Shown: positions 57,921 through 64,000 of the stretch, piece by piece
Layout: every line of letters starts with the position of its first letter
Position numbering within the stretch: position 1 is the first letter of the stretch
Source of the DNA: Verrucomicrobiota bacterium
Lineage (GTDB): Bacteria; Verrucomicrobiota; Lentisphaeria; JABSQK01; JAJFLO01
Length of the DNA: 64,000 nt
Assembly (NCBI GenBank): GCA_021772635.1
Contig: JAJFLP010000075.1
Coordinates: forward strand, 750-64,749
Direction: 5' to 3'
The notes under the pieces: model-generated
What the model saw: the letters and a program-made list of their open reading frames with translations, nothing else
Database searches by the model: none
Told to the model about the DNA's origin: nothing
Made by a program: the position numbers and the translations under genes

Positions 57921-58140
57921 AACTGCGCATTGCCCGGGAGCCAATCGTCGACTCGGTAGATACAGGATTCGTGGTCTCGAATAATAACATTCATCCAGTA
58001 CATTCAACCGTCTCACGTCAACAAGCGTCAAGAAATCACCCCGAGACAATTGGGCGAATATGACGCAACAGTGTTTTAGGATACGGAGTACTGCGGCCTA
58101 TTGAGATGCTTTTTTCAAAGAGAGTGCCCAACGAGTGGGG

Positions 58141-59244
58141 TCAAAGCTCTTTTGCAACGATATCTAGAATCTGCCTTACACGGTGGGTAAAAGTATGTTG
58201 TTTCCGCCCGCGCTCAAACCCGGCAGTGGCGATCCGCTCCCTCTCATTATCGTGCGTAACATAGAATTTTAATTTCTCCCGAAGGTCGCCAATCTCCCCA
58301 TATTCGAACGTCACAATTTCCTTGCCAATCTCGAACAATTCTTCCAGTTCCGGTGAGTACTCGTTCAGCCCCATCGCCCGGCCGCCAACGGCTTGGAAAA
58401 GTCGCCCTTTTGGCTGATAGAATAAGCCGCTCCTGTCAATCGGATAAGTCGGCAAAGCAGCCTTAAACGTTTCCTCCCACACTCCCCGCAGTCGAACCAT
58501 TCCGAAATGAATTTTACTGCGGTTGATTACCTTGCATTTCTCCAGCTCGTCGGCAGGATTCATCCATCCACACTTCCAAACGGGAAGTTTTTGCAATAAT
58601 CCTCGGCGCTTAGGTGATCGGATGAATTTTTCGAGAGTCCATGGCAATAATGGAATGCCCATCGGCCTGTTAATACACATCATTGCCCGTCTCCCGTATC
58701 GTGAAAGTTCCTTCATATATGGCCAATACATGTCGGTAATGTACCGAGGGCCCAATTGTCCGATATAAGAGACATCAAAATCACGGGGTAACCCAAGGTC
58801 ATTGTATACCGCATCATTAAATGCAGGAGGAATGAACGCAGATTTGGTCTTCCAGAACGGTTTCATATTGTTATCCTGGCTGAACCAATAATCAAAGAAC
58901 CCCGTGGAATCTATGATACTCGTTCCTTTATCCGGATCGAATACACCGTTCGGATCCTCGAAGAACCAGTTTATGACGGGTACCGGGTGAAAGTCCTCTA
59001 AGTATTGTGCGACTTTTATTATTAAATGGTGCTTTTGTACGTAACCAAAAATAAGGTCCGGTCGAAAACTTGAAACAGCCTGCTTGAAGGATTCAAGGGT
59101 TGCAGACTCCACATTCAGTTCGTGTGTAGGATATCCTAGACTGTCAATCACGGCTGGAACACAATCGAATGCATATTGGAATTTATATGCACCGACGACC
59201 GCATCCGTTAGGATAAGTATTCGCGTATCAGGGGTAATCTTCAT
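58141..59244 (-). CDS. CgeB-like (Glyco_trans_1_2) glycosyltransferase
   Basis: WFFEDP, DVSYIG, KGRLFQ, LEELFEIGKEIV, HTFTHRV. Confidence 0.7.
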   Translation of the reverse strand: MKITPDTRILILTDAVVGAYKFQYAFDCVPAVIDSLGYPTHELNVESATLESFKQAVSSFRPDLIFGYVQKHHLIIKVAQYLEDFHPVPVINWFFEDPNGVFDPDKGTSIIDSTGFFDYWFSQDNNMKPFWKTKSAFIPPAFNDAVYNDLGLPRDFDVSYIGQLGPRYITDMYWPYMKELSRYGRRAMMCINRPMGIPLLPWTLEKFIRSPKRRGLLQKLPVWKCGWMNPADELEKCKVINRSKIHFGMVRLRGVWEETFKAALPTYPIDRSGLFYQPKGRLFQAVGGRAMGLNEYSPELEELFEIGKEIVTFEYGEIGDLREKLKFYVTHDNERERIATAGFERGRKQHTFTHRVRQILDIVAKEL

Positions 59245-59445
59245 GGTCAGTGATTAGGAACTCCATCTGTGTCGTTCTTGGATCCCGGCGATGCGAGCGG
59301 TAAAGGGATAGAGTTTGGACGCTGTTCGATTCGTAGCAAGCCATTACGGAGTGTAGCTATACCAAACGCCTGGTCGAAAACTCGAAGGCGTTCGGTAGAG
59401 AAGCCCGGCGTTGCCCAGTCGGCAAAGGATAAAATCGAGTAAATA

Positions 59446-61287
59446 CTACGCAAATTGCTTCTGATACAACTCTTTATACTTTCCCTCCTGGGCGAGTAGC
59501 TCATCATGCGTCCCTTGTTCGGCGATGCGCCCACTTTCCATGACGAATATACGGTGCGCATGCTGAACTGTCGTAATTCGATGGGCGATGGCGAAGACAG
59601 TGCGATCGCACATAAGACGGTCCAGGGCCTCGCGAATAAGCTGCTCAGTCGCTGTGTCCAGAGAACTTGTGGCTTCGTCCAGGATAAGAATTTCCGAGTT
59701 TCTTAAGATAGCCCTCGCGATAGAAATCCTTTGTTGTTCGCCGCCGCTCAATCGAAACCCCTTATCTCCGACTATACGATCATAACCTTCCGGTTCGGCA
59801 ATTATGAACTCATGCGCATTCGCCTTCCTGGCTGCTTCCACGATGCTTTCCTCACTGGCTCCGGGAGACCCATACGAAATATTATTAGCCACAGTATCGT
59901 TGAAGAGTATCGTCTGTTGCGAAACGATGCCGATCATCGACCGTAACGATGCGATTTCAATCTCACGCAAATCTACGCCATCTAAGGTAATCGCCCCGGT
60001 GTTGGGATCGTAAAAACGCGCTAAAAGATTGGCCAAAGTCGATTTGCCAGCGCCAGTTTCCCCTACTATCGCTGTCAGTTTTCCCTTGGGAATATCCATC
60101 GAGATGCTCTCAAAAAGTGGTATCCCGTTATCTTCGTAGGAAAACGAAACGTCGTTGAATGAAATCTTATCGGAAAACTGGCCGCATTTAATGGCGTTGG
60201 GGGACTCTTTGATCGCGGTATCCAAGGCGATCGTCTCGAATATTCTGTCCGCTGCTGCCGCGCTGCGCTGAATTTGATTGTTAATTTTCGCCAGCCTCTT
60301 CATAGGTGGATAAGCAAGCATCAGTGCCCCTACCATCGGTAGAATCTGACTCAACGGAATCCCCTGTACATAACAAAAAACAATAAAACAGCAAACGCAC
60401 ATGACCGATACCAATTCCATTAGCGGCGCCATCAGTAACTCCGCCTTCAATGCGTTTATCACCTGGCGAAAATACATTGTCGTTATCTTATAGAACTTCT
60501 CCTCTTCGTATGCCTCCATATTGTATGCTTTGACAACGCGTATTCCGGTAAAATTCTCGTGCATGCAACTGACCAGCTCAGAGATTCGTTCCAGCGCGTT
60601 TTTAGTAAAGCCCTTTATCTTCCGGCCAAGAATGATGATCGGAAAAATACACAGTGGCATCACGATAAAGATTGCAAGTGACAAAGAGTGAATCTGATTC
60701 CGTATCGAAAAGACTATCACAAACGATATGGCGGCGATTATTTCTATAGGCGCTCTAGTGATTTCTGACGTTGTCATCGAAACGGCGCGCTCAACAGTCA
60801 GCGTGTCATTTACGCAGCGGCTGATTAACTCGCCCACATCCTGTTTGCTATAAAACTTTAAAGATTGTCTTTGGAGGCAGGAAAATAACTTGTTGCGCAA
60901 ATCGAGTATGACCTTTCCTCCGACCCAGCGCATACAATATCTATTGACGTAGGTGGCGATCGACTTCAACAGTATGCAAAGCGGTAATCCCATTATGCTC
61001 AACAGTACAAACTGCCATGTCATTTTATTGTCACTTGTTTCCAGGGGAATGTCGAATCTTTCGGCTATTTTAGAAATTTTCCCGTAACTCGACATCGACC
61101 GATCAGCACCGGACTTGTCAATCTCTTTTTTCTCGAACGGCTGGATCAATGCCGGCGAAAAATGCAGGACGCCGAACAACGAAGCGCCGGAAACGAATCC
61201 GGCAGCGATTCCGATAGCAAGCCGTCTTCGGTACGGTTTCGTGTACCCAAGTAACTTGCCGTAGGTTTTTAACGTGCTGCTATGCAA
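59446..61287 (-). CDS. msbA: MsbA-like ABC exporter (TM + NBD)
   Basis: GETGAGKST, LSGGEQQR, ILDEATSSLD, AHR. Confidence 0.8.
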   Translation of the reverse strand: MHSSTLKTYGKLLGYTKPYRRRLAIGIAAGFVSGASLFGVLHFSPALIQPFEKKEIDKSGADRSMSSYGKISKIAERFDIPLETSDNKMTWQFVLLSIMGLPLCILLKSIATYVNRYCMRWVGGKVILDLRNKLFSCLQRQSLKFYSKQDVGELISRCVNDTLTVERAVSMTTSEITRAPIEIIAAISFVIVFSIRNQIHSLSLAIFIVMPLCIFPIIILGRKIKGFTKNALERISELVSCMHENFTGIRVVKAYNMEAYEEEKFYKITTMYFRQVINALKAELLMAPLMELVSVMCVCCFIVFCYVQGIPLSQILPMVGALMLAYPPMKRLAKINNQIQRSAAAADRIFETIALDTAIKESPNAIKCGQFSDKISFNDVSFSYEDNGIPLFESISMDIPKGKLTAIVGETGAGKSTLANLLARFYDPNTGAITLDGVDLREIEIASLRSMIGIVSQQTILFNDTVANNISYGSPGASEESIVEAARKANAHEFIIAEPEGYDRIVGDKGFRLSGGEQQRISIARAILRNSEILILDEATSSLDTATEQLIREALDRLMCDRTVFAIAHRITTVQHAHRIFVMESGRIAEQGTHDELLAQEGKYKELYQKQFA

Positions 61288-62095
61288 TTTTCTTCCTTTG
61301 TAACAGTTTATTCACCCGCGGCTCGATCAATGAATGGATCTCGGAAAAACGGTGTCCGAAGCACGTTGCGTAGAACGTTAGAAATTCGTTTCGGATTTGA
61401 GCTGAATACCCGTACTCGATTCCGCTTACGACGAAACGCGCCAGATCGCACGCTATGGACTTGTTATTGCAATGCCCGGCCCGATAATGTGCGGCGTCGA
61501 GGTCCGTAAACCAATAGCGTTCGCGATTATTATCGACGAGTATGTTACTCCATTTTAGATCGCCATGAATCGCCCCGCATTGATGGAAGATTGCCAGGTC
61601 TCGTGCGAAATTCTCCAGAAACCCCGTAGAGACCATTGCCTCAAATTCTTCGCGGTGGCGAGCGATAACACCAAGATTATCCGTTTCCCGCAGGGCTTCG
61701 CAACAGTAATAACTGACACCGATACGTCTTCCGACGCCATGCGTAAAATATCCGAAGGGTTGCGGGACCGGAATCGATTGATCGAGCAGCGCCCACGATA
61801 TTTTCCATACATTGCGTGCCCGATGCCGGCCTAAAAGCCCATAAATAATCCTAAAACCAGGTTTGTGCCGGAACTCCTTTATGAATACCTGCTGCGTCGT
61901 CGATCCATCAATATCTTTCAGGTCCGCGAATCCTGCTTTGATGTGCCTACCGGTTTTAACGTAGGAAACATCCTCCATCAAATCCGGCGGAACATGACCA
62001 TCATTCAGCCATTGTTCCAAACCGGACCCGGCGACTATTTCTCCCCGGATCCCATTCTGACCATAATATACGCTATTCGAGGCCGCCATTATCAC
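61280..62095 (-). CDS. Kdo/WaaP-family kinase
   Basis: VFIKEF, IHGDLKWSNIL, FTDLD. Confidence 0.8.
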   Translation of the reverse strand: MIMAASNSVYYGQNGIRGEIVAGSGLEQWLNDGHVPPDLMEDVSYVKTGRHIKAGFADLKDIDGSTTQQVFIKEFRHKPGFRIIYGLLGRHRARNVWKISWALLDQSIPVPQPFGYFTHGVGRRIGVSYYCCEALRETDNLGVIARHREEFEAMVSTGFLENFARDLAIFHQCGAIHGDLKWSNILVDNNRERYWFTDLDAAHYRAGHCNNKSIACDLARFVVSGIEYGYSAQIRNEFLTFYATCFGHRFSEIHSLIEPRVNKLLQRKKIA

Positions 62096-62916
62096 CCTTC
62101 CGCGTTCGCCGGCAAATGATCTTTATAAAGGGATTCTGCCCGACTGCGTACTTTCTCCCAGAATCCAGACTCACCTGCGATAACAGAGCGTAATGGTTTG
62201 TCGCTATACGTTTTCATAAACCGAAATAAGTCACGTGTCGTAAGTCCAATGTCCATGCTTGAAAAGTATAGGCTTCCCAGGTCTTTAACAATCCACCGCT
62301 CGGGGGTGCGACTACGGAGTTGAACACGATGCAGGTCTATTAAACAAATTCGTAAATTCTCAGGGGCCCGCGAATAATCAGCTTCCTCAGTCACTGATCT
62401 CAGGAGAAAATGACAGAGGTAAAGATCTCGGTGATTGACGCCGTTTTCATGGAGTCGCCGCGCAATCGTCGCGACCTCGTCGATCAGCGCGCGCTTAAGG
62501 ATTGGACTTGGCTTGTTGGTAGGCCACCTGCCGCACAGTGTCTCAAGGCTGACACTTTTTCCGATATCGCGAGTAATTAGAAATGATTGACGGCGCCCGG
62601 GATTCAATCCCTCAACGCCAAATCCAACCGGGACCAGGGTATCGACGCCAATATCCTGAAGTCGCTTGATTGCCTGCCACTCGGTGCGAGCATCGATCAC
62701 GGGCAATTTAAGGCGCAGTAGGTTTTTGAATATCTCACCCCATCCAACTCCGCTATGGCACTTAATAAAATACCATTGATCCTCCAACCCAAACCGAAGG
62801 GTGTGCCGATTCGCCTTTCTCTTAAATACCTCTCCGTCTATGGCGAAAAAATCCGCCATAGTCTTAAACTCACTGAAGTACTTCTTGTCGTCGTCACATA
62901 TGTAGATCATAGTCAA
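62092..62916 (-). CDS. waaP: LPS heptose kinase WaaP
   Basis: YFIKCH, EWQAI..L, HRDLYLCHFL, LIDLHR, VKDLGSLYFS. Confidence 0.9.
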   Translation of the reverse strand: MTMIYICDDDKKYFSEFKTMADFFAIDGEVFKRKANRHTLRFGLEDQWYFIKCHSGVGWGEIFKNLLRLKLPVIDARTEWQAIKRLQDIGVDTLVPVGFGVEGLNPGRRQSFLITRDIGKSVSLETLCGRWPTNKPSPILKRALIDEVATIARRLHENGVNHRDLYLCHFLLRSVTEEADYSRAPENLRICLIDLHRVQLRSRTPERWIVKDLGSLYFSSMDIGLTTRDLFRFMKTYSDKPLRSVIAGESGFWEKVRSRAESLYKDHLPANAEG

Positions 62917-62933
62917 TACCGACGTTTCTTAGC

Positions 62934-63060
62934 AAACTTTGTGGATTTTCGATTTTTGATTGACGAATTGCGATTTTATTCTGCCGGTAATTGCCCGAAA
63001 AATTACGGTGAAAAAGTTTCGTTATATAGTAAATGGGTAAAAAGTAACCCACTGGTGGGC
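62934..63060 (+). repeat. Family B copy 3 (diverged)
   Basis: aaactttgtggattttcgatt...ctgccggtaattg...tgggtaaaaagtaacccactggtggg. Confidence 0.75.
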
Positions 63061-63187
63061 TGCTCTAAAACATGACAAAATATCACGCCTAAATAACGAA
63101 GATAACTATAAATCCAGATAACGGTCGCTTATTTTCATTCGACACCGAATGAATAATTCTAAGGCCTTAGAATATGGAACTACTTAA

Positions 63188-63312
63188 TTTACCGAAAGCC
63201 TTCGAGTTTTCGAAATCTCGTTCGAGATCTCTTACGCGAGCGGATAAAAGCTGTCTCCGCATAAGCGAGAGTCTCGGCCATCCGGACCAAAAATTGAACT
63301 GCTTGCAGTTTA
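63188..63312 (+). mobile_element. Family A element variant (~125 bp)
   Basis: ttaccgaaagccttcgagttttcgaaatctcgttcg...ggaccaaaaattgAACTGCTTGCAGTT. Confidence 0.6.
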
Positions 63313-63316
63313 GCCT

Positions 63317-64000
63317 ATGAAACTGCATATAATCACCAACAATCGGTTGCGGCCAAGCTTCCGGCAACGTATCGGCATACACCTGGATTTACTGCGTGAC
63401 AGTGATATCGAGTGTGACGTTACGGAACTTCCGCGGGGACTGCTGGCGAGACAGGCAATCTTCAGGAAAAGCACCGAGTACGATGCCGTACTTCTCCATA
63501 AGAAAAGAATTAATCCGGTCGAAGTACTGTTACTCAAACAATACGCTCAGAAAGTAATTTACGATTTCGACGATGCGGTGATGTTTAATTCGAAGGAACC
63601 GGATAGGGGTAGTCGTAAGCGGCAAAGCAGCTTCCAAAGAACCATTAAGATCGCCAACCTCGTGATCGCCGGAAACTCTTATCTTGCCGATCACGCACGG
63701 CGCTACAATCAACGCGTGGAAATATTGCCAACCGGATTAGATGTCGAAGGTTACCCAAAAAGACCGAGAAAATCTCTTGCGGACGAAGCTCCGCGAAACG
63801 ATAAGCTGCGAATAGTATGGATCGGCAGCGCAAGTACACTCCCGTACCTGTACGAAACAGGCGACGCATTAGAAGAACTTGGTCGACTTCATAAAAACCT
63901 GATACTTCGAATTATTTGCGATAAATTCTTTGATCTTGAGAATATAGAAGTAGAAAAGTGCCAATGGTCGTTGGACAACTATCTGGAGCTCCTAGCAGCT
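63317..64000 (+). CDS. GT4-family glycosyltransferase, runs off the right edge
   Basis: Manual translation MKLHIITNN...VIYDFDDAVM...VIAGNSYLA...ILPTGLD...IVWIGS. Confidence 0.85.
   Translation, partial: MKLHIITNNRLRPSFRQRIGIHLDLLRDSDIECDVTELPRGLLARQAIFRKSTEYDAVLLHKKRINPVEVLLLKQYAQKVIYDFDDAVMFNSKEPDRGSRKRQSSFQRTIKIANLVIAGNSYLADHARRYNQRVEILPTGLDVEGYPKRPRKSLADEAPRNDKLRIVWIGSASTLPYLYETGDALEELGRLHKNLILRIICDKFFDLENIEVEKCQWSLDNYLELLAA

Overview
About 50% GC chromosomal window from a bacterium that is probably in the PVC superphylum (Lentisphaerota-like; inferred from GluRS architecture and gene content, not tested). From left to right: (1) three small toxin-antitoxin-type modules downstream of tRNA-Asn; (2) a minus-strand run pcm - thiI - cereblon-like gene - tRNA-Asn; (3) housekeeping genes (response regulator, metG, aroE, glnS, gltX, tyrA, queF, prmC, tRNA-Glu) interrupted by a vapBC pair, an orphan ATPase, a decayed hybrid kinase and a candidate dif site at 18483-18510; (4) a TpsB + TPR-CHAT pair without a TpsA, and an orphan ABC/AAA ATPase; (5) a 15.5-kb pfaD-pfaA-pfaBC PUFA-synthase-like iterative PKS; (6) a PEP-CTERM protein, TPR protein and exosortase; (7) an LPS/glycan locus (three Kdo/WaaP kinases, MsbA-like ABC, glycosyltransferases). 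The intergenic DNA is rich in small repeats: a 92-bp MITE-like family with a covarying hairpin, a ~140-bp dispersed family, REP doublets, and inverted 6/7/9-mer tandem arrays that are either empty or bracket TA cargo. One TA-like pair is bounded by perfect 33-bp inverted repeats. No transposase, integrase, CRISPR array or rRNA was seen. All family assignments come from motif recognition by eye, without database searches.
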